Shown: positions 28,174 to 36,612 of the stretch, in pieces
Position numbering within the stretch: the stretch's first letter is position 1
How the letters are laid out: each line of letters opens with the position of its first letter
Made by a program: the position numbers and the translations under genes
The notes under the pieces: generated by a model
Told to the model about the DNA's origin: nothing
Databases searched by the model: none
The model's input: the letters and a program-made list of their open reading frames with translations, nothing else
Origin: Clostridia bacterium
GTDB lineage: Bacteria; Bacillota; Clostridia; TANB77; CAG-465
NCBI GenBank assembly: GCA_028692955.1
Contig: JAQUWH010000005.1
Coordinates: 4,615 to 68,614, forward strand
Length of the DNA stretch: 64,000 bases
Direction: 5' to 3'

Positions 28174-28214
28174 ATAAAGTTATATTGATTTTATACTTTA
28201 ATAATATGACATGG

Positions 28215-28239
28215 AAAAGGCGCTTAAATAGCGCCTTTT
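28215..28239. terminator. Bidirectional terminator
   Basis: AAAAGGCGC-ttaaata-GCGCCTTTT between the convergent small ORF (+) and the 98-aa gene (-). Confidence 0.8.
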
Positions 28240-28243
28240 AACA

Positions 28244-28540
28244 TTAATCGACAAACTCATATCCTGCTGCCCTCATCCCTACGTCATTTGCAGGAATATT
28301 AACAGTCAGCAAATCAGAAAAGCGAATTGTATAGTGTAAACTACCTTTTATGCTACACCAGCCAACAATTTCAGCGATTTTTCCAGACCGAAAGTTGCGT
28401 TCCTCTCTAAAAATAACTTTTTTTCCGAGTTTATATACCTTCTCATTCACATTTTCTTCGATAGCTTTTGTTTCATCACATCCACAGTCACACTCGTAGC
28501 CTCTTCTTGATGCACAGTCGTCATTATGTTCAAACTTCAT
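28244..28540 (-). CDS. Hypothetical 98-aa Cys-rich N-terminus protein
   Basis: Strong SD (AAGGAGGAAATGTA ATG). The N-terminus is DDCASRRGYECDCGCDE. No family recognised. G+C is above local background. Confidence 0.6.
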   Translation of the reverse strand: MKFEHNDDCASRRGYECDCGCDETKAIEENVNEKVYKLGKKVIFREERNFRSGKIAEIVGWCSIKGSLHYTIRFSDLLTVNIPANDVGMRAAGYEFVD

Positions 28541-28616
28541 TACATTTCCTCCTTGTATTTTCGGAGGTTACCCTCCGAATTAGTCATTCGAAGAGTATGA
28601 TACCACTCTGCTTGTT

Positions 28617-28645
28617 ATTATAGCACACGTACAGTTGGATGTCAA
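28617..28645 (-). promoter_or_regulatory. Consensus sigma-A promoter for the 98-aa gene
   Basis: The minus strand reads TTGACA-tccaactgtacgtgtgc(17)-TATAAT. The leader then contains hairpin TTCGGAGG-gtaa-CCTCCGAA just before the SD. Confidence 0.7.
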
Positions 28646-28895
28646 TTCCAACTCCAGCTTTTATATCAATTGCCAACACACTCGATTTACATAAAAATAA
28701 ATAATGTGTCATAATATTATCCCTGCGAAAATGGGAGAAAGAGGACATTATAAACGAGTTATTACAAAAAAATGGATCATCCATTATAGTGATCGGTACC
28801 AATCACGTTTATCCACCCAGATGGATATTTTCGGTGGATAAAACTTCCTCTACCATGCTAGTGCTGACCTGGTACAGTAGATTCAATCAAGCGCA

Positions 28896-28932
28896 AGAGA
28901 ACCCCACTTATTACAGCGGGGTTCTCTTTTTT
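28896..28932 (+). terminator. Plus-strand intrinsic terminator with no annotated plus-strand gene upstream (also abuts the map stop codon)
   Basis: AGAGAACCCC-acttattacagc-GGGGTTCTCT followed by TTTTTT on the plus strand. The minus-strand reading lacks a clean U-tract. Confidence 0.65.
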
Positions 28933-29701
28933 AATCTAATGTTAATATTTTGACACCATCATTTGTAATGACAATAGTATTTTCATAGTAGGATGTCATT
29001 TTTTTATCCATAGTGGCAATTGTCCATAAATCTCTTTTGACATAAACATCAGGTTTTCCTTCACATATCATAGGTTCAATAGCAAGTGCCATACCAGCTT
29101 GTAATCTAGGTCCAGTTCCTTTTTTTCCTATATTTGGAACTCCAGGATCTTCATGCATATCTTCCCCAATACCATGTCCTTGAAATTCTCTAAGTAGTGA
29201 AAAGCCTTGTTTTTCCACATAGGTTTGAATCGCATTTGAAATGTCACCTACTCTATTACCAGGTACTGCCTCATTGATTCCAACAAAAAAAGCATCTTTT
29301 GCTACATCAATTAATTTTTGATGAATCGGTGATATTTTACCTACCGCATAGGTACGTCCCGCATCTGAAGCCCAGCCATTCTTGTAAGTTCCAAGATCAA
29401 CACTAACAATATCGCCTTCTTTTAAAATCACACTACTAGAAGGTATTCCATGTATGATTTCATCATTCACAGACGTGCATATTGCCCATTTATATGATTT
29501 ACCGCCTTTATATGGGCATGGTACCCCTTTAAAGGCAGGAATTGCTCCATGTGCCAACATAGCCTCTTGAGCTACATCATTTAAATACAGTGTTGAAACA
29601 CCAGGTCGTATATTTTTTTCTATTGCTTTTAGTGCTGCTTTTAATGCTACAGCAGATTCTTCCATCAATTGTATTTGATGTTCATTTTTAATTGATATCA
29701 T
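28931..29701 (-). CDS. map: Type I methionine aminopeptidase
   Basis: 256 aa. Metal ligand context includes D..G..K.GW..D..RT, HGIG, A.EPM and YENT, typical of MetAP-I. Confidence 0.92.
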   Translation of the reverse strand: MISIKNEHQIQLMEESAVALKAALKAIEKNIRPGVSTLYLNDVAQEAMLAHGAIPAFKGVPCPYKGGKSYKWAICTSVNDEIIHGIPSSSVILKEGDIVSVDLGTYKNGWASDAGRTYAVGKISPIHQKLIDVAKDAFFVGINEAVPGNRVGDISNAIQTYVEKQGFSLLREFQGHGIGEDMHEDPGVPNIGKKGTGPRLQAGMALAIEPMICEGKPDVYVKRDLWTIATMDKKMTSYYENTIVITNDGVKILTLD

Positions 29702-29713
29702 TATTCACACCTT

Positions 29714-30325
29714 CTATTTTACTTGTTCTTCCATTTGAAGAAATTTTTCAGGATGGTCTATATCTTCCTTTAAATTAGTAGAATCTTCCCTTATATATTC
29801 AGGTAGATCCTCTAAATCAGAATCGTTAATAATAGATTGTTCAAAAGAATTCGGATGTACTATATTTCCCTCTTTCGCTTGTTGAATTTGGAATAAGCTT
29901 ACTCCAGAAAGAGTACGCAAATAATTTCCCGCATCTCCCTTTATTCTTTGTATTCCCATATTTTCCTTAAAAGTATTCAATAGTTGTGATAAATTAGTCG
30001 CTTGTGGATAATGAGATTTTAAGGAATCTCCTAAATGTTCATGTAAAACATTATATGCATCTACTAATTCAGGTTGTGTTCCATTTTTTACAATAGCATT
30101 ATTTAAATTGATTGCTATTGTCATAAGCTCACTCATATTTGGTGGTAATTCTTTATTCTCATTTCTAAAATTTAATACCCCACCGATTGAATTTTTTACT
30201 GCTTGATATTCTTCCGGCACCTTAATATTATTGATGTTTGATAACTCCATTAAGTCTTTCTCTTTTTCAATTTCTTCACTTGAATTTACACCATTTTGTA
30301 AACCTTCTAAAAAATCATTTGACAT
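29714..30325 (-). CDS. Hypothetical acidic protein inserted between adk and map
   Basis: 203-aa ORF tightly packed (13-nt gaps) in the adk-map operon. No signal peptide and no recognisable motif. Confidence 0.55.
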   Translation of the reverse strand: MSNDFLEGLQNGVNSSEEIEKEKDLMELSNINNIKVPEEYQAVKNSIGGVLNFRNENKELPPNMSELMTIAINLNNAIVKNGTQPELVDAYNVLHEHLGDSLKSHYPQATNLSQLLNTFKENMGIQRIKGDAGNYLRTLSGVSLFQIQQAKEGNIVHPNSFEQSIINDSDLEDLPEYIREDSTNLKEDIDHPEKFLQMEEQVK

Positions 30326-30338
30326 ACAAAATCACCCC

Positions 30339-30959
30339 TTATTTCTCTAACACTTCTTCTGCCATTCTTTCAGGATGACTAGAAGAATCAATTGTTTTCA
30401 ATATTCTTTTTTTTCTATAATACTCTAGTATATCTTTAGAATTTTCTTTGTAAGTATTAATTCTTTTTTGTAATGTTTCTTTAGTATCGTCGCTTCTTGA
30501 AGAAAGTTTACCGCCACAAATGTCGCAAATGTCATCTATTTTAGGTGGGAAATCTAAACCATATATTTTTCCACATTGTTCACATTTTCTTCTCTCAAGG
30601 ATTCTTCTAAATACTAATTCATCAGGTGCTGTCAGTTCTATTGCCATATCTACTTTCTTTCCTATTTTATTTAGTAACTCATCTAACAAACCAGCTTGCT
30701 CAACCGTACGTGGATAGCCATCTAATATAAATCCATCCTTACAATCTTTCTCTGATACTCTTTTTTTCAATAATTCGGTAATAATCTCATCAGAAATCAA
30801 TTCACCTCTTGTTAGTTTTTTGCTAATCTCTTTGTCCGCCTCTGCTTCATCTCTTAATATATCACCAGTCGATATATGTGGAATATTCAACTTTTTTGCT
30901 AATATATCTGCCCTAGTTCCTTTTCCAGTGGCAGGGCCTCCGGTTATTACATATACCAC
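30339..30959 (-). CDS. adk: Adenylate kinase (zinc-lid type)
   Basis: P-loop GGPATGKGT, LDGYPRT, and lid CEQCGKIY...CDICGGKL. Confidence 0.9.
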   Translation of the reverse strand: MVYVITGGPATGKGTRADILAKKLNIPHISTGDILRDEAEADKEISKKLTRGELISDEIITELLKKRVSEKDCKDGFILDGYPRTVEQAGLLDELLNKIGKKVDMAIELTAPDELVFRRILERRKCEQCGKIYGLDFPPKIDDICDICGGKLSSRSDDTKETLQKRINTYKENSKDILEYYRKKRILKTIDSSSHPERMAEEVLEK

Positions 30960-31055
30960 TATATTTCACTCCTTCCATTTTTCACATCTTATATTATCAC
31001 ACAAATTTCGTCAAAAGTAAATAGTATTTTTATATTTTTGCACTATATCCTTCTA

Positions 31056-32108
31056 TTACAATTCTATTACATGATATCCGCAAGCTCTAGTAAGTCTGTT
31101 CATAATAGCTAAACCAAGTCCTTTTTTTTCTACACCTTCCACAATAGATAAATCAAGGTGATATTGATCTAACTTTCTTAACATTGTAAATATATTTTTA
31201 GCGATTATTTCGAGATTCTCTTTTGGCCCTATATTTAGGAAAGTAACATTAGGATAATTATTATATTTATTCTTATTTTCATCAAACCCCATAATGCCAA
31301 TCTTTTGATTAGTATTCTCTTCTATGATTTTACATATACCATGATATTCTTTTTCATCGTTATTGCTATATACCATAATTGTTGTTATATTAGGTGCATA
31401 ATGTCTATGTTTCATGCCTGGAGATTCTACTTTTTCATCTTTTCTTGCTTCACTAAATAGATGAGAGTCCAACTCTACATTTAGACCTATACTTGTTATA
31501 TTTTCAGGTGTTATTGCTCCAGGTCTTAATATTTTTACAGTATCGTCTACCACTTTTACTACTGTTGATTCAAGTCCAATATTTGTCATTCCACCATCAA
31601 TAATATAATCCACTTTATCTTGCAATTCAAAAGCAATGTCTGACACAGCAGTACCACTAGGTCTACCAGATACATTAGCACTAGGTGCTGCAATAGGTAC
31701 TTTAGATGCCTCTATTAACGCTAAAGCAATTTCATTACTAGGCATTCTCACTCCTATTGTATCTAGCCCACAACTTACCAAATTTGATATTACTTTTCCC
31801 TTTGGCAGTATAATCGTAAGAGGACCAGGCCAAAAATTTTTCATTAAAAGCTTTTCATTATTACTAATACTGCATGCCACTTCTTCTAACATATCATTAT
31901 TACTAATATGTACAATAAGAGGATTATCCATTGGCCTATTCTTGGCAACAAATATCTTTTTAACCGCTTCATCATTTAATGCATTGGCACCTATACCATA
32001 TACTGTTTCCGTGGGAAATACAACAACAGCACCATTTCTAATACTATTAGCAACGGTAGTCATTTTATCTTGATTAATTCCTTGATTACAATTAATGAGT
32101 TCTATCAT
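31056..32108 (-). CDS. L-threonylcarbamoyladenylate synthase (Sua5/YwlC, long form)
   Basis: Contains VVFPTETVYGIGANAL, R....NPLIVHI and PSAN.SGRPS, plus a C-terminal Sua5 domain. Confidence 0.85.
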   Translation of the reverse strand: MIELINCNQGINQDKMTTVANSIRNGAVVVFPTETVYGIGANALNDEAVKKIFVAKNRPMDNPLIVHISNNDMLEEVACSISNNEKLLMKNFWPGPLTIILPKGKVISNLVSCGLDTIGVRMPSNEIALALIEASKVPIAAPSANVSGRPSGTAVSDIAFELQDKVDYIIDGGMTNIGLESTVVKVVDDTVKILRPGAITPENITSIGLNVELDSHLFSEARKDEKVESPGMKHRHYAPNITTIMVYSNNDEKEYHGICKIIEENTNQKIGIMGFDENKNKYNNYPNVTFLNIGPKENLEIIAKNIFTMLRKLDQYHLDLSIVEGVEKKGLGLAIMNRLTRACGYHVIEL

Positions 32109-32127
32109 ATTCTTTCCTTCTTTTACA

Positions 32128-32159
32128 CGAGTAAAGAAGAATAGTTTTACCTATTCTTC
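32128..32159 (-). terminator. Probable terminator after the adhesin gene
   Basis: GAAGAATAG-gtaaaa-CTATTCTTC 9-bp stem with a short T-tract (TTTAC). Confidence 0.4.
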
Positions 32160-32177
32160 CCTACCTAAATTTAAAGC

Positions 32178-35147
32178 TTATTCGTTATTTTGTCCATTTT
32201 TATTCTTTTTGTTTTTTAATACTAGCATTGTTCCTGTATAACCTATGATGACTACTGCTGCTACTACTAATACTATTAGAGTATCTGTTCCTATAAATCC
32301 ACCAGTTACTGGTAATTTTTTAGGGTCATTGTAGACAACTTTTACGATTACTTGTGAGTCATATTCTACATTGAATTCATATTCTCCTGAGTCCATAATA
32401 TAGTTGCTTGGTGCTTCTATTTCTTTAAAGTAATATTTTCCTTTTAGTAATCCACTAAACTTTACTATACCGTTTTCATCTGTAATTCCTGAATCTATTA
32501 CTTCACGTTTTTCATTTAATAGTTGGAAAGTTACTCCAGGTATTGTTTTTTTGGTGTCTTTATCTTTTTTAATTATTTCTAATTCGCCTTGTACTCTCTT
32601 GTTAATAATTTCTTTAGTAACAACTTGTTTGTTTTCCACTATTTCGAATTCATAAAGTTTTTTATCAATTACTACATTATCAGGAGCTGATACTTCTTTA
32701 TAGTAATATGTTCCTAACACTAAGTCTCCTAAGATTGCTTTGCCTTCTTCGTTAGTTGTAACTTCAGCTACAATTTTCTTGTTAGAGTCAAATATTTGGA
32801 AAGTTACTCCAGCAATAGGTGCTCCTGTATCATCTATTTTTACAAACTCAACGCTTCCTTTTTTGTAGTAGTTGATCATGTTAGCGATTGCTACTTGACC
32901 ATCCTTTACAATTTCAACTTCATACATAGTATTGTCTACTATGATGTTATTTGGCGCTTTTGTTTCTTTATAGTAGTATTTACCGATTACTAATTTCTTA
33001 GATTCAGCAATACCTTTACTGTTTGTAACAATTGTATCTACTAGTTGTTTATCTTTATTATAGATTTCGAAAGTAATTCCTTCTAAAGGCACTTCATTTT
33101 CATCTACTTTAATAATCTTGATATCACCTTTTTTGTAGTTATTAACCATATTAGCCACAACTACTTGATCGTTCTCTTTTAAAGTAAATTCATACATTTT
33201 ACTATCTATAATAATGTTATTTGGAGCTTCTACTTCTTTATAGTAATATTTACCCATTACAAGTGCTTTTGATTGTGCTATACCTTTTTTATCTGTCACA
33301 ATGGTATCTACTAGTTTTTTATTGCTATCGTAGATTTCAAATTTAATTCCTTCTAAAGGTACTTCATTTTCATCTACTTTAATCATTTTCAATTTACCTT
33401 TTTCAAAGTAGTTAACTACTTCTTTACTTACGTTTTTATATCCCATTGTAAATTCATGTTCAGTAGTATCTAATATAATACCAGCAGGTACTTTTGTTTC
33501 TTTGTAATAGTAAGTTCCACCTTTTAGTTCTTTAGTTTCTGCTGTACCGTCAGTACCAGTTGTAATTGTTTGAACTACTTTTTTGTTTGCATCAAGAATT
33601 TGGAAAGTTACGCCAGCAAGTGGTGTATTATTTTCATCTTTCTTAACAATTTTGAATTTACCTTTTACTAGTTCATTTTCTACTCTTACTTCTATTGTTT
33701 TATTCTCACTAGCAATCGTAAAAGCATGTTCTGTTGTATCTTTTATAACCCATTCAGGTGCTTCTACTTCTTTATAGTAATATTTACCTAAAGCTAATGT
33801 ATTAGTTGCAGCTTCACCCTTTGAGTTTGTTGTAATTGTTTCAACTACTTTTTTATTTGCATCTAGTATTTGGAATTTTACACCAGCAAGTGGTTTATTA
33901 TTTTCATCCACTTTTATAATTTTAAGTCCACCAACAACTTTTCTGTTTTGGAAATTAAATCTAGTTACTACATTAGTTGATACAACTATATTAACACCTT
34001 CTATTGGAAGTATATAACCATCTGGTGCTTCAGTTTCTACTAAAGTATATTTACCAATTTTAATATTTTGGAATTTAACAATACCATCTTCAGGTACTGT
34101 AGCTTGAGCAACTACTTTTCCGTTTTCATCTCTTAATTCAAATTTTGCTCCTGGAACAAGATTACCAAATTGGTCTATTTTTCTAAATTCTATAGAACCA
34201 GTTAATGTAGGCCATCTTAATTCTACACTATCATTTAATTCAATTGGTTCTTTAGAAAGTTTTACGAAGTCTTGTTTTCCATCGTTTAAATTCCCTGTAC
34301 CATATATTTTACCTTTTGTTGTACTACCTTTTGAAGTTAAATTGATTTTTAAGGTAGATCCATCTTCTTTTTCATTCATGTATACATAGAAAGTATCACC
34401 ATTATTGAAAGTATCTTTTGCATTACCTTTGGCATCTACTATCTTAGCAGATTGAGGCGCATTTGCTAAACTAGCTTTTACGTTAGTTACGTTATAGCCA
34501 GTTGCGACTACTTTATATGGTCCTGCTTTTAACAAGCCATCTTGGTTTGTTAGTTGCACGTCTGCGGTATTAGCATACATATGAGGATTTACATAGTTAG
34601 GATTATTAATCGCTCTACTGATAATTCTTTTAGCAGCAGCTGTTGCTCTTTGCATATAACCTTCGTACCCAGCTCTTGGAGTAAAGTTATCAAGGTCAAC
34701 AATTACATTAGCTTTTAAAGAATCAGTAGGATTAGCAGATTTAGCAATTGACCACACAGCAAGTTGTGTAGCAAATCTTGCTTCTTCATCACTATTAGTA
34801 CCAAGTTGTGCTGCTGAATAGTTTGGATAACCATACATTAAAGCAGCAGTAGTAACAGGTGAAGCATCTCTTAAATAGTTAACAATAGTTCCTGAAGCTC
34901 CTGGCACATATAGTGTATAGTCTAGACAATAAGCTATACTCTCACCAAGCCAACCTTCTGAAAAGCTCATACTAGTACCATAATACTCATTATCAGCTGG
35001 TGTATTAATATATCTGAATGAAAATTTTAATTGATTTTCATCAGCTAATACAATAAATGGTCCTATCTGTACTATTAATAAAACAACTACTGCGATTAAA
35101 GTAATTAATTTTATTTTTAAATTCTTAACATTCTTTAATTTTTCCAT
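32178..35147 (-). CDS. LPXTG-anchored surface adhesin: N-terminal thioester-type (TQxA) domain plus ~7 Cna-B/SpaA-like repeats
   Basis: Signal peptide. YC-L (Cys codon 34926-34928), GYPNY and TQLAVW (Gln codon 34764-34766). Seven ~90-aa repeats G[VI].F[QE]I.D.NKK.V....T...G.A....L..G.YYYKE..AP. LPVTG (32301-32315) followed by a hydrophobic helix and KNKKNK tail. Start is set at the ATG 8 nt after GGAGG. Confidence 0.85.
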   Translation of the reverse strand: MEKLKNVKNLKIKLITLIAVVVLLIVQIGPFIVLADENQLKFSFRYINTPADNEYYGTSMSFSEGWLGESIAYCLDYTLYVPGASGTIVNYLRDASPVTTAALMYGYPNYSAAQLGTNSDEEARFATQLAVWSIAKSANPTDSLKANVIVDLDNFTPRAGYEGYMQRATAAAKRIISRAINNPNYVNPHMYANTADVQLTNQDGLLKAGPYKVVATGYNVTNVKASLANAPQSAKIVDAKGNAKDTFNNGDTFYVYMNEKEDGSTLKINLTSKGSTTKGKIYGTGNLNDGKQDFVKLSKEPIELNDSVELRWPTLTGSIEFRKIDQFGNLVPGAKFELRDENGKVVAQATVPEDGIVKFQNIKIGKYTLVETEAPDGYILPIEGVNIVVSTNVVTRFNFQNRKVVGGLKIIKVDENNKPLAGVKFQILDANKKVVETITTNSKGEAATNTLALGKYYYKEVEAPEWVIKDTTEHAFTIASENKTIEVRVENELVKGKFKIVKKDENNTPLAGVTFQILDANKKVVQTITTGTDGTAETKELKGGTYYYKETKVPAGIILDTTEHEFTMGYKNVSKEVVNYFEKGKLKMIKVDENEVPLEGIKFEIYDSNKKLVDTIVTDKKGIAQSKALVMGKYYYKEVEAPNNIIIDSKMYEFTLKENDQVVVANMVNNYKKGDIKIIKVDENEVPLEGITFEIYNKDKQLVDTIVTNSKGIAESKKLVIGKYYYKETKAPNNIIVDNTMYEVEIVKDGQVAIANMINYYKKGSVEFVKIDDTGAPIAGVTFQIFDSNKKIVAEVTTNEEGKAILGDLVLGTYYYKEVSAPDNVVIDKKLYEFEIVENKQVVTKEIINKRVQGELEIIKKDKDTKKTIPGVTFQLLNEKREVIDSGITDENGIVKFSGLLKGKYYFKEIEAPSNYIMDSGEYEFNVEYDSQVIVKVVYNDPKKLPVTGGFIGTDTLIVLVVAAVVIIGYTGTMLVLKNKKNKNGQNNE
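32300..34211 (-). repeat. Tandem ~270-bp coding repeats (Cna-B-like modules) inside the adhesin gene
   Basis: Protein-level periodicity of about 90 aa. Some neighbouring copies (GIKFEIYDSNKKLVDTIVT / GITFEIYNKDKQLVDTIVT) are very similar. Confidence 0.8.
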
Positions 35148-35201
35148 GATTTTATCCTCCATAATTTTTGATTAAGTTTTAAATAAACCGCTTATAAAAT
35201 A

Positions 35202-35230
35202 ATTATATCACAGTTAATTGCATAAGTCAA
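35202..35230 (-). promoter_or_regulatory. Sigma-A promoter for the adhesin gene
   Basis: The minus strand reads TTGACT-tatgcaattaactgtga(17)-TATAAT, with TG at the extended -10 position. Confidence 0.7.
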
Positions 35231-35377
35231 CATTTTTCACGCTATTTCCCACTATTTTTATCATTTTATGGTTACATAACTATTTTTTGGTATGTCGATT
35301 TATCGATATTATTCACTACTTAATTTTGTAACATAAATGTAATATTCGCCTGTTTTCCTTATCATTATACGATATTT

Positions 35378-35989
35378 TTAAATATCATTTGCTGATACTA
35401 AAGTTCCCTTTACGCAAATTCTACTTTTTGCCATATCCGAACAAGTAATAAGGGTAATTTCCTGTACAGAACTATTTTCATTTAACACATCAATTCTTGT
35501 TGGTTCAATTTTTTCAACTGATGTTATTTTATAGATAAACTCTTTTGTTCTTGTAATAACTCTTACTTGCGAACCAATCTGAACCTTATGTAAGTTTCTA
35601 AAAATTTCCGTATATATATTATTATGAGCTGCGGCACTAAAATTACCATATTCACCTGGATATGCACACCCATCAAATTTTCCAATATAATTCTTTAATG
35701 ATTCATCATCAGTTCCCTCAACTACTTGGGCTCTGATTCCAACACTTGGTATATCAATGACTGCAATAGCACCTTTTTTTACTGTTATAATATCTTCATT
35801 TGATTCTTCTGGTTTTACACCTACTTGTGGGGCGTCTGGAACATTTACTAATGTATTAGCAATTTCCTGTGTTGTCGCTAATTTTTGCAAGTCATTTTTA
35901 CTAAATAAATCTTTTATGAATATAGCAACAATTGATAATACAACGATTAACACCACTATAATTACGATATGTGTGATTCTTGATTTCAT
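35378..35989 (-). CDS. Sortase (class A/D-like)
   Basis: N-terminal anchor, AAHN (catalytic His context), TLITC (catalytic Cys) and a downstream R in ICVKG. Immediately upstream of the LPVTG adhesin. Confidence 0.8.
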   Translation of the reverse strand: MKSRITHIVIIVVLIVVLSIVAIFIKDLFSKNDLQKLATTQEIANTLVNVPDAPQVGVKPEESNEDIITVKKGAIAVIDIPSVGIRAQVVEGTDDESLKNYIGKFDGCAYPGEYGNFSAAAHNNIYTEIFRNLHKVQIGSQVRVITRTKEFIYKITSVEKIEPTRIDVLNENSSVQEITLITCSDMAKSRICVKGTLVSANDI

Positions 35990-36130
35990 ATCTTATACCT
36001 CTTTTCGACATAATATACTACTAGTATAACATAAAATAAACGTCAAGTCAATATTATGTCATCTGTTTTATGATTAATTTAATATCGCCTCAATTGCATC
36101 CTATATATATCTATAAATTTATAAATTGTC

Positions 36131-36157
36131 AAAAAAAAGAACCCCGTTAAGGGTTCC
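36131..36157 (-). terminator. Intrinsic terminator of hpf
   Basis: Minus strand GGAACCC-ttaac-GGGGTTC followed by TTTTTTTT. Confidence 0.85.
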
Positions 36158-36164
36158 AAAGTTA

Positions 36165-36512
36165 CTATTCTTCTAACATATCTTCAACGTCTTCTGACAC
36201 TGGATTTGCAATAGTCTCTTTTCTTTTCTTTTCAGAAATATCTTTATCTTTTCTTATTTGGCCTTCTATTTTAGTTATTAAAGATTCTAATCCATAGTAA
36301 ATATCCTCACAGTTTTCTTCTGCTAGATAAGTACGTGATCTGTACTCAATTCTTATATCAATATGCTGTTTTCCTTTTGATTTTTCAGTAAAAGTTACAT
36401 GGCATATTGTTTCTGGTTCAAAGAATTTTGCTAATTTTTGAACCTTTTTTTCAGTAAAATCTCTAAATGCATCTGTTACTTCTATACGAAGCCCTGTTAT
36501 ATCTAATTTCAT
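36165..36512 (-). CDS. hpf: Ribosome hibernation promoting factor / RaiA family (short form)
   Basis: MKLDITGLRIEVTDAFRDF.EKKV.KL.KFF is typical of the sigma-54 modulation/S30EA family. ATG 36512 follows GAGGTGA. Confidence 0.8.
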   Translation of the reverse strand: MKLDITGLRIEVTDAFRDFTEKKVQKLAKFFEPETICHVTFTEKSKGKQHIDIRIEYRSRTYLAEENCEDIYYGLESLITKIEGQIRKDKDISEKKRKETIANPVSEDVEDMLEE

Positions 36513-36612
36513 AGTAATCACCTCACAGTTATATTATACACTATTTTGATTTTTTTTCAAGCCTATATCCACTTTTTCACCAAGATTTCACTCTACAAAC
36601 ATAGTAGTTTAA

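Noticed and set aside
28584-28802. 72-aa minus-strand ORF in the map-infA insert.
   Set aside because: It has no SD. It spans the predicted promoter of the 98-aa gene, and its sequence has no protein-like features. I treated the region as non-coding or regulatory (see the map-infA insert finding).
31636-32073. 145-aa plus-strand ORF inside sua5. Similar antisense ORFs include 1708-1917, 5728-6045, 8555-9172, 12207-12449, 13864-14265, 15821-16134, 21466-21687, 25448-25630, 26392-27038, 30520-31020, 35757-36029, 37009-37696, 40619-41089, 42349-42690, 44678-44987, 45858-46235, 47849-48052, 48251-48680, 49187-49390, 53006-53458, 54818-55003, 57431-57712, 61266-61460 and 62745-62960.
   Set aside because: All lie antisense to, or overlap, genes with clear family signatures or strong coding logic. 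They lack SD motifs and encode hydrophobic low-complexity sequence typical of AT-rich shadow frames.
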